Notes: generated from the letters alone by a model not told the origin. 33,262 bases of DNA from an uncultured virus (IMG/VR IMGVR_UViG_3300019366_000026) (IMGVR_UViG_3300019366_000026), one strand, 5' to 3'. Positions 9,411-18,184 are shown, counted from the first letter of the stretch. Program-made: numbers and translations.

Positions 9411-9787
9411 TATGGCTCCGGCAGTTTAATGATGTGAAGCCATATCCACGGAAGCCAAATCCGTTTGAGTTTTATCCACCACGAGCACTTGACACTTTTG
9501 GCAAAGAAGAACGTGCGTGAATACTTGCCTCTTGGCACACATGGATTGAACCAGTGTTTGTAACCCATAGCCTCCATCAATGGGATTGATTCTGGCGCCA
9601 CGACTATTGATGGAATTGTCTTGTTGTGGCCGCAGCAACTACCGGTAGTTTTCACGCCATTACTAAGTAGCTCGATAACTTCTTCGACGATGCAAGTATC
9701 TACCCATATCTTTCTTCCGAGTGTTTCGTGGTATATCTCAATCTGATTGTCGAAAGAACCGAGCTCTACATTCTTACAATTACACAT
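9410..9787 (-). CDS. Hypothetical Cys/His-motif protein
   Basis: VDTCI..L..GVKTTGSCCGH motif, possibly metal-binding; follows the radical SAM gene. Confidence 0.65.
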   Translation of the reverse strand: MCNCKNVELGSFDNQIEIYHETLGRKIWVDTCIVEEVIELLSNGVKTTGSCCGHNKTIPSIVVAPESIPLMEAMGYKHWFNPCVPRGKYSRTFFFAKSVKCSWWIKLKRIWLPWIWLHIIKLPEP

Positions 9788-9817
9788 GATGTTTTTTTCG
9801 TTTATTATGGGGGTGTA

Positions 9818-10888
9818 TTAAATTCCTCTGGTTGAATAACTGAGCTGGCTACCACTACATTCGTAAGGCAAGAGAATATCTTCATCTTCGAGCCAAGATC
9901 CGCATAGGTTTCCATTTGGATGGAAGACCATTTCAAAAACCGTATCTGGTGTTTTTTCTTTTTGTGGGTCTATGGCGGAAAGATCTGCGCTCTCCATTAC
10001 GACATCGATATTCTTATACTTGTAAACCTCGCAATAATAGTAATATCCCAACACTTGAGTTATAGGCCGGAAAATATGCGGCATGAGATCAATCTCGCTC
10101 CAGATGTCATCCAACTTAATCTTTTGTTCTTCAAGAAAACGTAACTTCGGAATGTTATGCATTACTGACTTATCGTAATCCATTGTTTCCCGGAATATTA
10201 TATTATCTACCCCCATTTCTCCATAGAAATCCAAATAACGCATCATTGCCTCAATGCTACTGATTCCACTTTTCAGAAGAAGGCAACTTAGGCGTGGCCT
10301 AACATTTCCAGACAAGGCTACTTTTACAACTTCGTGCATCTGCTCATTGCAGAAGTAGCTGTTACTGAATTTCATAATATCCGCATTCACATTCTCAAGA
10401 TAATGCGTTTTGGAAATATTCAGATGATGAAACCCATTTTCAATAATATGGTCTATTATGCGTTTCCCATCAACAATATCGAGTAATCCACTTCCATTAG
10501 TTGTGATTACTCGCTTTCGGAAGTTGTATTTGGAAACAAGTTTTAAGATACGCAGTAGTCGATGGGATTTAGTTGGCTCCCCACCAGTGATAGATATTGA
10601 CGGATTAAGGGGGCGTATGGTTTCCAATACCTCAGCCAACCGGGTAAAATATTCTTCATCATCAGAGATTCTTTCTTTGATGAAAGTCTTGCCTTTGCCC
10701 TCAAATCGCAACTGATCTATACAGAACCGACAGTCTGCATTACACGATTCGTTTACAAATATTGATAGGTTCGCATTCTCATAGACTGACTTCTGCTTAC
10801 CATTAAAGGCAAATGGTTTTGTAATATAGTTCTCAGCATCAAATTCCTTACGTCGTATAGAGCGGAGAACGGAGAATTTAGATTTCAT
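9818..10888 (-). CDS. Radical SAM enzyme
   Basis: CNADCRFC (CxxxCxxC), SITGGEP, ITTNGSGL. Confidence 0.92.
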   Translation of the reverse strand: MKSKFSVLRSIRRKEFDAENYITKPFAFNGKQKSVYENANLSIFVNESCNADCRFCIDQLRFEGKGKTFIKERISDDEEYFTRLAEVLETIRPLNPSISITGGEPTKSHRLLRILKLVSKYNFRKRVITTNGSGLLDIVDGKRIIDHIIENGFHHLNISKTHYLENVNADIMKFSNSYFCNEQMHEVVKVALSGNVRPRLSCLLLKSGISSIEAMMRYLDFYGEMGVDNIIFRETMDYDKSVMHNIPKLRFLEEQKIKLDDIWSEIDLMPHIFRPITQVLGYYYYCEVYKYKNIDVVMESADLSAIDPQKEKTPDTVFEMVFHPNGNLCGSWLEDEDILLPYECSGSQLSYSTRGI

Positions 10889-10905
10889 GTTTGGTATGCT
10901 ATTAA

Positions 10906-11080
10906 AAGCCGATGACCCGCCGTTTCGCTTTTCGCGGCCGTCGAAACCCCATGTGCATCTCGTGCTGAACCGCCGGGGTAGTGGTAACTTATGCGATAGG
11001 CTCTGGCTCCTGTCTATGCGATGTGGCGGAATCTCCAGGTCAAGTGCGAACGTACCATTTGCTGCGGGGTGTGTCGGCTT
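10906..11080 (-). ncRNA. Candidate structured RNA element upstream of the radical SAM gene
   Basis: GC-rich 195-nt gap closed by AAGCCGA/TCGGCTT (10906-10912 with 11074-11080) and a second 7-bp helix (10913-10919 with 11036-11042), plus further short stems. Confidence 0.4.
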
Positions 11081-11083
11081 ATG

Positions 11084-11476
11084 TTATTGAATTTCTTCGC
11101 AATACTCCCATAAAGAGAGTTTGCCTTTTACATTTTCGATTGGTTTGTCAAACTTAATGGGATTGGCAAGAACCCAGTTCCAAACACCTTTCTCGGCCCA
11201 TTCTGATGGGTGGTTTTGAACACAATCGACAATCTCTACACTACCTATAATCGCGGAAGTGGGATATAAGGCCCTATTACTGGAATTATAGAGAAGCGCA
11301 GTACGTGCTACTGGAAGAGGGTAGCAATCCCGTATCTCAGCATAAGGCACTGGAGTTTTCGCTGCGTGAATTAACACTCTTCCCCGGTACGACGTTCTCC
11401 ATGTGCGGTTCTCAATATCCTTGCCGCCCGCGACAATTAAACCGGCCCAAGGTTGCTTTACTGTCAACGCTTTCAT
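11084..11476 (-). CDS. ASCH domain protein
   Basis: ALTVKQPWA.LIV.G.KDIENRTW..YRG.VLIHA; GKLSLW. Confidence 0.92.
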   Translation of the reverse strand: MKALTVKQPWAGLIVAGGKDIENRTWRTSYRGRVLIHAAKTPVPYAEIRDCYPLPVARTALLYNSSNRALYPTSAIIGSVEIVDCVQNHPSEWAEKGVWNWVLANPIKFDKPIENVKGKLSLWEYCEEIQ

Positions 11477-11685
11477 TGCTTGCTTTCTTCAAATAATTGC
11501 TTCTGCTTGCGCAATAACTGTTCGTGTGTATGTTTGTGTATAGCCGGGAGCCTATAACTAACATCGGAACTGCCTGGAGTGGGGATTGCTTTGGAACTTG
11601 AACAACCTCCGGCAACCAAGACTATACCGAGCGCGACTAATACGCTCAGGACATGCGATGAATGAATTTGGTCTTTTATGCTCAT
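11473..11685 (-). CDS. Putative small lipoprotein
   Basis: From MSIKD (ATG 11685): hydrophobic VLSVLVALGIVLVAGG followed by Cys (lipobox-like). Confidence 0.5.
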   Translation of the reverse strand: MSIKDQIHSSHVLSVLVALGIVLVAGGCSSSKAIPTPGSSDVSYRLPAIHKHTHEQLLRKQKQLFEESKQ

Positions 11686-11686
11686 T

Positions 11687-11920
11687 TCAGAAAAGTTTAA
11701 GTTGAATAGGTCTATTTTTGGTGGTTCTTGCATACACAGGGCAAACAGCCGCAAACTCACACTGCCCATTGGCGGCCAATATATGAGCTTCGTGCCATTT
11801 GTTCCAATCCTTCACGTCCTTATCCGTAAGGAAGCGAATCAACTGCATACAGTTAAACCCTCGTTCTTTGACTTGCTTATTTACAGCAATCTCGACAATA
11901 CCATTTCCGTCAGGTGACAT
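11687..11920 (-). CDS. Hypothetical phage protein
   Basis: 77 aa, coupled to the upstream gene; three Cys; QLKLF C-terminus. Confidence 0.65.
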   Translation of the reverse strand: MSPDGNGIVEIAVNKQVKERGFNCMQLIRFLTDKDVKDWNKWHEAHILAANGQCEFAAVCPVYARTTKNRPIQLKLF

Positions 11921-12396
11921 TACAGTTTTTTCTTTCTATAGTTGAATACTTGTCCCTTGATCCCTTCCCTGCGCATTATAGAGCAAAGAATTGATATTGA
12001 TGACAAGGAGGTGCTTTCCTGATAAGAGGCGATGCGTACAAGTCGCACCATCTTACCCGATTCATCGGCTTCCACCAATCCCCAGTTTTCCGGCAATTCG
12101 GTTTCCTTTATGATACCTTCGAGAGCATAGTACCATCTGAAATTACCCATTCCGGAGATTGGATCTTTACGATGCTGTTTCTCTCGGTCTTTTAGGAAAT
12201 CTGCACGAGAGGTTTTAACCTCAACGAGTGTAGTGGAAGCACCATTCGTGCCCCATACATCAGCGTCCTCTCGTCCGTATGTGATAAGTTCTACTGCGAC
12301 GTACTTGTGTGGATTGGTGCCATCAAGTCCACTCCTATGAAGTATTTTAGCGGCTTCACAGCACATATCGTAGTGAAGTGATTTTGTTTTGCTCAT
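11920..12396 (-). CDS. PD-(D/E)XK-fold protein, MmcB-like
   Basis: E.ADVWG..LVEVKTSRADFLKD..ELPENWGL. Confidence 0.7.
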   Translation of the reverse strand: MSKTKSLHYDMCCEAAKILHRSGLDGTNPHKYVAVELITYGREDADVWGTNGASTTLVEVKTSRADFLKDREKQHRKDPISGMGNFRWYYALEGIIKETELPENWGLVEADESGKMVRLVRIASYQESTSLSSISILCSIMRREGIKGQVFNYRKKKL

Positions 12397-13148
12397 AGTT
12401 TTGGATTGCTTAATTGTTTAAATCTTATTCCATACTTAGTTGCGTGGCTCTCCATAATTGGACGGCGCATTTCCTCTGATGGATAGAAATAAAGATTGTG
12501 GTCTTCCGGAGATTCGATATATCCTTTCTTGCGAAGATTGTAGCGATAGCACAGTTTACTTTTGGTCTGTTTTACAAAGCGGAATTTAGTGCGCTGTTCA
12601 AAACCCCACGAAAGAGTTCTTCTCTTATCTCGATTATAAGTTTCGCGCCAGGACGCACGCCGCTTTTCCTGCATTTCAGCATATCTTTTGGGAGATAGGC
12701 GTTCCTTATTGCTTTGTCCTTTTTTGAAGCCGTTATTCTCGCTTCCTGGAATTCTAAAACCTTTTGGGGGATAGGTGCCATTTCTACGATGACTTTCGGC
12801 TGCGGCCACCTGTGCTTCATCTTGTGTTTTCTTCATAAACTGTCGAGATTTGGTTAATCCATGCTCCCTCGCTATCCTATGCAATGAAGAATGGCTAATC
12901 CCTAATTTCTCCATTATCTCATCGTTCTTTGTGTGTTTGTAATGGCGGATAACCCAAGTCAGCTCTTTTTCGGTTAATTGCCGACCGCGCGTTGCGACCT
13001 TTCTTATCGGTTTATTGTATATTTTATGCTCTACGGCTTTACGTGTGCGACCAAGTCTTACCGCTATTTCGCTCCACTCCATTCCCAAAGATCTCAGCCG
13101 GCGAAGTTCATCAATCTCATTTTGAGTCCATTTCCGGTTGTTAGCCAT
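12393..13148 (-). CDS. Basic DNA-binding protein with Myb/HTH-like repeats
   Basis: KWTQNEIDELRRL..WSEIAVRLGRT and LTEKELTW..IMEKLGISHSSL; FKKG motif. Confidence 0.65.
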   Translation of the reverse strand: MANNRKWTQNEIDELRRLRSLGMEWSEIAVRLGRTRKAVEHKIYNKPIRKVATRGRQLTEKELTWVIRHYKHTKNDEIMEKLGISHSSLHRIAREHGLTKSRQFMKKTQDEAQVAAAESHRRNGTYPPKGFRIPGSENNGFKKGQSNKERLSPKRYAEMQEKRRASWRETYNRDKRRTLSWGFEQRTKFRFVKQTKSKLCYRYNLRKKGYIESPEDHNLYFYPSEEMRRPIMESHATKYGIRFKQLSNPKL

Positions 13149-13197
13149 AGTTGTAAATCAGGTTGTTATTTTTTTAATTCCCCCGAATTCGAGGGGT

Positions 13198-13596
13198 TTA
13201 GACAAACAAGAATGGAAACATCTTTTTCAGGTCACGGTGGTTAGGCGCATAAGTAGAATACTTGGTCGTTGCCTCAACCAAACGGAACCGCTTGTTGTCG
13301 TAATTAGTGGTGCAATACTCTTGCCTTATTTCCACCGCATTAAGCTGGCGATTCCCATACCTGCCAGTCGATTTCATCACAAAGGATTCATCAACTTTCA
13401 CTGTAATGCAATAATCAAGGTCAACTATTCCCGACAACATGTGAATAGCCTCGTCCGGGTCTTCTACAAAAAAGCAAAAGCCTATCGATGTCGAAGCGTT
13501 TCCTCTATGAAGACTATGGTTAGTTTCGTTGACAAGAACTTCGCCACGCTGATAGGCTTCAAATTCCTCTTTGGAGCAAAAACGATGCAGGATCAT
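13198..13596 (-). CDS. Hypothetical phage protein
   Basis: From MILHRF (ATG 13596); STSIGFCFF and EYC motifs. Confidence 0.65.
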   Translation of the reverse strand: MILHRFCSKEEFEAYQRGEVLVNETNHSLHRGNASTSIGFCFFVEDPDEAIHMLSGIVDLDYCITVKVDESFVMKSTGRYGNRQLNAVEIRQEYCTTNYDNKRFRLVEATTKYSTYAPNHRDLKKMFPFLFV

Positions 13597-13598
13597 AA

Positions 13599-14252
13599 CT
13601 ATTCTTGCTTCAAGTGCAACTCCCGACACGGCTCTACGCCAATGCACGGCATGATAATGACATCAATACCTTTCTTAAGCTGAATCAACATAGGGCGTGA
13701 ATCCTTGGCCTGATATGCTATTACGCTATAAGACAATCCAATGTCGTTCATGGCCTCAGCTATTGTCTGAAGTAATCCGGCATTAAATGATGTTCCGTTA
13801 ATCGCAATGGCACGTTCTTCACGCTCGTATTCCTTGGTTTTGACTTTTCCTTTGCCATCACATATGGGGCAATCAAAGTAGTCAAAATGCTCTTCACCAT
13901 TGGAGTCCTCATAAGTCCATTCGACTTCTCCGCGGCCCTCACATTCGTCGCATTCTGCTTCCTTCCCTGAAACAGCAACGGTTTCGTACTGTGGTATGCT
14001 CTTTAATACTTCTATGAGTTCCTTTAAGTCAAGTTTGTAATTACTCTCCGGTGCTGGAAATGATGGCAATTTTTCCGGGCCGCCTTGATGATTATAAGAA
14101 TCTTCGCAAAGACATTTTTCAACTCGCACCATAATCCTCGCGTCTGAAGCATAAATAAAACCGTTACGCTCAAAAGGTTCTTTCAAGCAAGCCCTATTTA
14201 TAAACTCCCCATTATATACGAACCGGGAGAAGAATAGTTTCTCGTTTTGCAT
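13599..14252 (-). CDS. Hypothetical protein with a DnaJ-like zinc finger
   Basis: CDECEGRG and CPICDGKG; YASDARIM at the N-terminus and VIIMP at the C-terminus. Confidence 0.7.
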   Translation of the reverse strand: MQNEKLFFSRFVYNGEFINRACLKEPFERNGFIYASDARIMVRVEKCLCEDSYNHQGGPEKLPSFPAPESNYKLDLKELIEVLKSIPQYETVAVSGKEAECDECEGRGEVEWTYEDSNGEEHFDYFDCPICDGKGKVKTKEYEREERAIAINGTSFNAGLLQTIAEAMNDIGLSYSVIAYQAKDSRPMLIQLKKGIDVIIMPCIGVEPCRELHLKQE

Positions 14253-14254
14253 CT

Positions 14255-14437
14255 CTATGTTATTATATACTGCACATTCAGATAGAATTCACGGTGTAAG
14301 CGCTCTATCTGCACATAATCACTAATCTTCTCGCCATACGGGAGAAAGATTACGCGCTCTTTGGTATTTACACGTATTCCTTTCTTCCGCAGGCGATAGA
14401 TTAGACAATGTGCTGCTGTACAGAGAGGTTTTGACAT
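14255..14437 (-). CDS. Small hypothetical phage protein
   Basis: 60 aa ORF tightly packed between neighbours. Confidence 0.6.
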   Translation of the reverse strand: MSKPLCTAAHCLIYRLRKKGIRVNTKERVIFLPYGEKISDYVQIERLHREFYLNVQYIIT

Positions 14438-14440
14438 TAC

Positions 14441-15157
14441 TTACATCACCAGTTCCCAGTCGTTAGCAAATACGTCGGCAATTGAGGGAGTCCACGAATC
14501 GGCTCGTCCAGTATCAAGATTGAAAATGAGTCACTGCGCAACATAGTCTATGTGGTCGCCGGCGGCGAGGATATGACGCTTTGCTTCCTCCGGGAGCGAC
14601 TGCATATTCGGTATTTTTTCAGACGTGATGTGGGCCGGCACTTGCTTGAACACCATGAGACTTTTACCATTCCATCTGCTACGACGGATAGAGAAGCCTT
14701 CGCGGAGCATAGGCAGGATTTGCTCGAATGAGAGACCTGAAGGCCGACACTCTTCGTTCCCCTCCATACAGGATTGGCGAAGGGCTGCAAGATTGAAGTA
14801 CGCCTCCATAGTGTCGAGTTGAGCGACAAGGAAAGCACGAGTTCCGAGTGGGAGAGCCTGAAAGTCTTTGCCGTCGTTCTGGAAGTATATGAAATTTCTG
14901 AGTTTCTTACGTTTCAGATTAAGATCAGAGAGCTCGATATTGAGTCGGTCGAGTGGTGTTTCAGACACCTTGTAAGCGTCCTCAAATACTTCTGCCGGCG
15001 ACCACGACTCGTAGTTGTCAGGGTAAACTACATGGTAGCCTTTGTTGTCGGAATATTCCTCGACATAGGCGTTTTCTCGGATAAGGCCACGCTTGTATGC
15101 CTCTCCGTAGGTCATCGGCTCTGCCTTGACCGTCTTTGTTCCAGTGTACTGTTTCAT
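14441..15157 (-). pseudogene. Multi-domain Tad2 (DUF2829)-like anti-defence gene interrupted by an in-frame TGA at 14531-14533
   Basis: From MKQYTGTK (ATG 15157). LSFEQIL..LREG..IRRSRWNGK precedes the TGA; the frame continues LIFNLDTGRADSWTPSIADVFANDWELVM to TAA at 14441, giving the W.PS..D..A.DW signature. Confidence 0.75.
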
Positions 15158-15394
15158 ATGTTCTTTTTTGGGGTTGTTATTTGTCTGATGCTCTTTAAGT
15201 ATTGTTTCTTGAAGCATCTTCAGGTCGTTCATTGCGCAGCGTAATGTGGCGTTCGCTTTATTGAGCATATTCCTTGATTGCTGTCCCAGATCAGCCTTTA
15301 TTTGCTGTAACCATTGACAGTCATGCTCATACTCTTGAAGCATTTCGTCGATGTAACCGACACCAAGGGTCGATATAAGTTCGTCTGTTTCCAT
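15158..15394 (-). CDS. Hypothetical coiled-coil ORF in frame with the Tad2-like gene
   Basis: METDEL.. (ATG 15394) has no stop before MKQY; the junction is A-rich like a leader. Confidence 0.45.
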
Positions 15395-15681
15395 TATTCG
15401 TGTGGTTTGGATGATAGATTGAATAGTTTTCTGAACCAAGCAAAGCGAATGTTTTCAAACCAATCGTCATTTGGATCTGGTTGATTCTCTTGTATGAATC
15501 GGTTGTAACATTCCGGGCAATACCATTGGTCCAGAACAGCCACATAGAATCCATTCGTAGGCATCGCAGAACAATAGTCACAAATACCCACTGCGCCCAT
15601 GTGGCCGAGTTTGCCTACAAGTTCGCTTCTCGATATCTCTATGACCTTGAACCCGGCTGGATTTTCGATAATCTGAGCCAT
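15394..15681 (-). CDS. Hypothetical zinc-finger protein
   Basis: From MAQII (ATG 15681); GICDYC..WYCPEC. Confidence 0.7.
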   Translation of the reverse strand: MAQIIENPAGFKVIEISRSELVGKLGHMGAVGICDYCSAMPTNGFYVAVLDQWYCPECYNRFIQENQPDPNDDWFENIRFAWFRKLFNLSSKPHE

Positions 15682-16121
15682 TACTTGAAAATCATAAAGA
15701 GGGCCACAAGCCACCCAGATAAGGATAGAATCAGAAAGAGGGTGTTCCACTTCCACCGGTTCTCGTTCGCTCGGCGGTATTTATTTACCTGCTCTATGCT
15801 GAAGCCATAGCGTTTTTCCACAGTTTCAGCCATCCAACGTTGTATGCGCACAGCAAGTTTTTTGCAAGCCTCGTAGGAGAGAACCTTCGGTGGCTCGATA
15901 GAGTTATAGGGATTGTAACTTCCTGACGATACAGCGACATAGGGTTTGATGGAAAATACATCGTTCCAATCCCGGCCAACGTTCATTTCAAGTTCAATCG
16001 TAACGTTGCAGGATTTCTTTATTTCCTTCTCCATAGCCTTGTCGATGGCAGCCTGATTCATATCAGCCTTTTCCTTAAGAGCGTTATATTCGTACTCTCG
16101 GAGTTGGACTATCTTTTCCAT
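15681..16121 (-). CDS. Hypothetical protein with a C-terminal transmembrane helix
   Basis: 146 aa ending TLFLILSLSGWLVALFMIFK. Confidence 0.65.
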   Translation of the reverse strand: MEKIVQLREYEYNALKEKADMNQAAIDKAMEKEIKKSCNVTIELEMNVGRDWNDVFSIKPYVAVSSGSYNPYNSIEPPKVLSYEACKKLAVRIQRWMAETVEKRYGFSIEQVNKYRRANENRWKWNTLFLILSLSGWLVALFMIFK

Positions 16122-16123
16122 AG

Positions 16124-16309
16124 TTATTTCTTTTTGGGATTGTCTATTTTATTGCACAGCCAGTGTCGGTATCTTTCCCAGCCGGTCAGAACACTATTGC
16201 TGATTGTTCCAAGAAACACAAAGAACATCAAGAATGGCGAGAATATGAATGACTGCACGGCCGCAAGTATTTTGCCGAACCGTATCTGTATTTTGGGTTT
16301 TCTTTTCAT
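16124..16309 (-). CDS. Small hypothetical membrane protein
   Basis: 61 aa with a central hydrophobic stretch; ATGA overlap. Confidence 0.55.
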   Translation of the reverse strand: MKRKPKIQIRFGKILAAVQSFIFSPFLMFFVFLGTISNSVLTGWERYRHWLCNKIDNPKKK

Positions 16310-17118
16310 TGCTTGAAAATGTTATAATCCTGGTTTACGAAATGGTGAGGCAACTTTTCACGGTCAAGATTGAGATATTCCACCATGCTGTCCTTGATGT
16401 AGAATTTACTTCCACGAGTATCGGCTTTCAGCATTTCAAAGAGGAATTGAATCTCGCCGGGCTTGTAGGTTCGTTTTCCACCACTCAACAAGCCAACTTT
16501 AATGAGATCACACCAACCTGACACGGCATTGATCATTGCATAAGATGCCTGCACTGATATTACCGGCTCTATGCTTGCGAAAGTCTTAAATCCTCGCTTG
16601 TGCAATTCAAGCATAGCCTTTACCCGGTCAACATTGAGCGATGCTTTAGGCTCTTCTTCATCACACCCGGTAAAAGTGAATCCGACCGCGATCAGTTTCT
16701 TTTTCTCGGGATGAATGATTTGGTTTTCATCGAACAGCCAATAATGCAGGAAATCCGCTCTTTTCGTAAGGATTTGTACGGGTACATTATGATTTATGGC
16801 TAGACAGATAGCGTTCATATGGAAATCCAATGTTTCAGGAAGCATAGGATCAGTGGTAAATGAAAAGAACAGACCATACTTCTTGAGTTGGTCGATATTC
16901 TTTTCCATTTCCGCGATAAACACATCTGTTGCATGTTCCTCATCTTTGAAGCACTTCTTCAATGTTGGAGCCGGACTCCAGACATGGCTCATTACGCCCC
17001 GTTTGCAATAACAATAGTTGCAATCATTCGAGCAGCCATTGTAAAAGTTGCATGCCCACGGAGCGTATTCGGCAGCCTTGCCGGTGGGATTATATATTGC
17101 TTTTCCTTTGAAACTCAT
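16306..17118 (-). CDS. Radical SAM protein (SPL/DUF5131-like phage type)
   Basis: ACNFYNGCSNDCNYCYC, FSFTTDP, ILTKR, ASIEPV. Confidence 0.85.
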   Translation of the reverse strand: MSFKGKAIYNPTGKAAEYAPWACNFYNGCSNDCNYCYCKRGVMSHVWSPAPTLKKCFKDEEHATDVFIAEMEKNIDQLKKYGLFFSFTTDPMLPETLDFHMNAICLAINHNVPVQILTKRADFLHYWLFDENQIIHPEKKKLIAVGFTFTGCDEEEPKASLNVDRVKAMLELHKRGFKTFASIEPVISVQASYAMINAVSGWCDLIKVGLLSGGKRTYKPGEIQFLFEMLKADTRGSKFYIKDSMVEYLNLDREKLPHHFVNQDYNIFKQ

Positions 17119-17123
17119 TGTAT

Positions 17124-17378
17124 TTAGTTTTTAGATATTCTGAGAAGATCTATCGACCGCTGTCGTTTGACATATTCTCCGACGGCATCTACAAAAAGAG
17201 AGGCATATTGCTCTTCCTGAAGCATCAGGGTCACGATTGATGACTTGAGTATTTGTGGAGTGGTGCAGGAAAACAGTTTAACCTTTTCTTCGTCTTTGAC
17301 GATGGTAAACCAGTTATCAGCAGTGATTAGTTCGTCTATCACGCAGGACCGCAGACTGTCTTTACTTCTATTTGGCAT
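17124..17378 (-). CDS. Hypothetical protein
   Basis: 84 aa ORF in a packed array. Confidence 0.6.
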   Translation of the reverse strand: MPNRSKDSLRSCVIDELITADNWFTIVKDEEKVKLFSCTTPQILKSSIVTLMLQEEQYASLFVDAVGEYVKRQRSIDLLRISKN

Positions 17379-17382
17379 TGAT

Positions 17383-17562
17383 TTATTGCCGATTAGGGCA
17401 TTCTTTATTTAGTTTCTTGTTGATTTTCTCCAGTAGCAAACCGAGCATTCTCGTTTCGTTTATCTCTCGCAAGCCTCCGTCGCGCCTCGTCTTCCTCGAC
17501 TGAAATATTTCATTCAAATGACGGCACACCCTTTCTGCATCAGTATTGGAAAGCTGTATCAT
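17383..17562 (-). CDS. Hypothetical protein
   Basis: From MIQL (ATG 17562, ATGA overlap). Confidence 0.55.
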   Translation of the reverse strand: MIQLSNTDAERVCRHLNEIFQSRKTRRDGGLREINETRMLGLLLEKINKKLNKECPNRQ

Positions 17563-17894
17563 AAGCCTTTGAGTTTTTGAATAACCCACGCGCCAAACTC
17601 ATCTTGAACCTTGTTCGCTGCATCAACTGAAAGTCCAAATGCCCCTGCCAGCGTGCCCCAACCTCTGACTGTAAGGAACACACTTCCGTTGAGAAGTATA
17701 TCCGGGCCTATATATTCGAGGGACGGAACTTTCTGTGGCTTGGCAGTTCCATTCAGGATTTCACATGTGCGCTGGAGTATCGAATCTGAACGTTCCGAGA
17801 GCTGATTTGCCATTAAGGACATATTGCCATTGTTACTCCAGATGAAAACGCCGTCGGACCAAAAGGGAGGCTCGTAGAATTCAGAGAATGTCAT
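17559..17894 (-). CDS. Hypothetical phage protein
   Basis: 111 aa; YEPPF and LTVRGWG.L motifs. Confidence 0.7.
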   Translation of the reverse strand: MTFSEFYEPPFWSDGVFIWSNNGNMSLMANQLSERSDSILQRTCEILNGTAKPQKVPSLEYIGPDILLNGSVFLTVRGWGTLAGAFGLSVDAANKVQDEFGAWVIQKLKGL

Positions 17895-18091
17895 TCCTCA
17901 ACTTCGCAAAGACCCTGGGATAAAGCATAATCATACAGACTATCCGCAGTCAGACAGTCATGCCGATTCCAATTATGCTTAACGTATCTTTCCACGACGT
18001 CATCTTCGATGAAACACCATGGATAATTCTCTTTCTGTGCTTGGTGGAGTCTTTCGGCGCAAGCCTTAATTTCCTCTTATGAAGGGTTCAT
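17891..18091 (-). pseudogene. 66-codon ORF with an in-frame TAA at codon 5
   Basis: MNPS*EEIKACAERLHQ...LSQGLCEVEE*; the ATG follows the promoter leader, and the terminal TGA overlaps the next ATG. Confidence 0.65.
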
Positions 18092-18116
18092 TGTGAGTTG
18101 ATTTTTGATTAAATGT

Positions 18117-18165
18117 ATCTTATTTGCAATGCTCAAAATTACGCAAAATTTATCAAATACGCAAG
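18117..18165 (-). promoter_or_regulatory. Promoter with ATCWTATTTGCA-like boxes
   Basis: Minus strand: CTTG (18162-18165), 20-nt spacer, TAATTTTG (18134-18141); boxes at 18117 and 18152. Confidence 0.7.
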
Positions 18166-18184
18166 ATTACGACTTAAAAAATCA

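Noticed and set aside
10889..11083. Cobalamin or SAM-I riboswitch, hammerhead ribozyme, or RiPP precursor peptide
   Set aside because: Only scattered short words match (GCCAC, AGCCAG), without the conserved cores or CUGANGA; the 14- and 18-aa mini-ORFs have no supporting features
14441..18091. Phage-wide stop codon reassignment or selenocysteine
   Set aside because: The two internal stops are different codons (TGA and TAA), both serve as normal terminators throughout the window, and no suppressor tRNA or clear SECIS is visible
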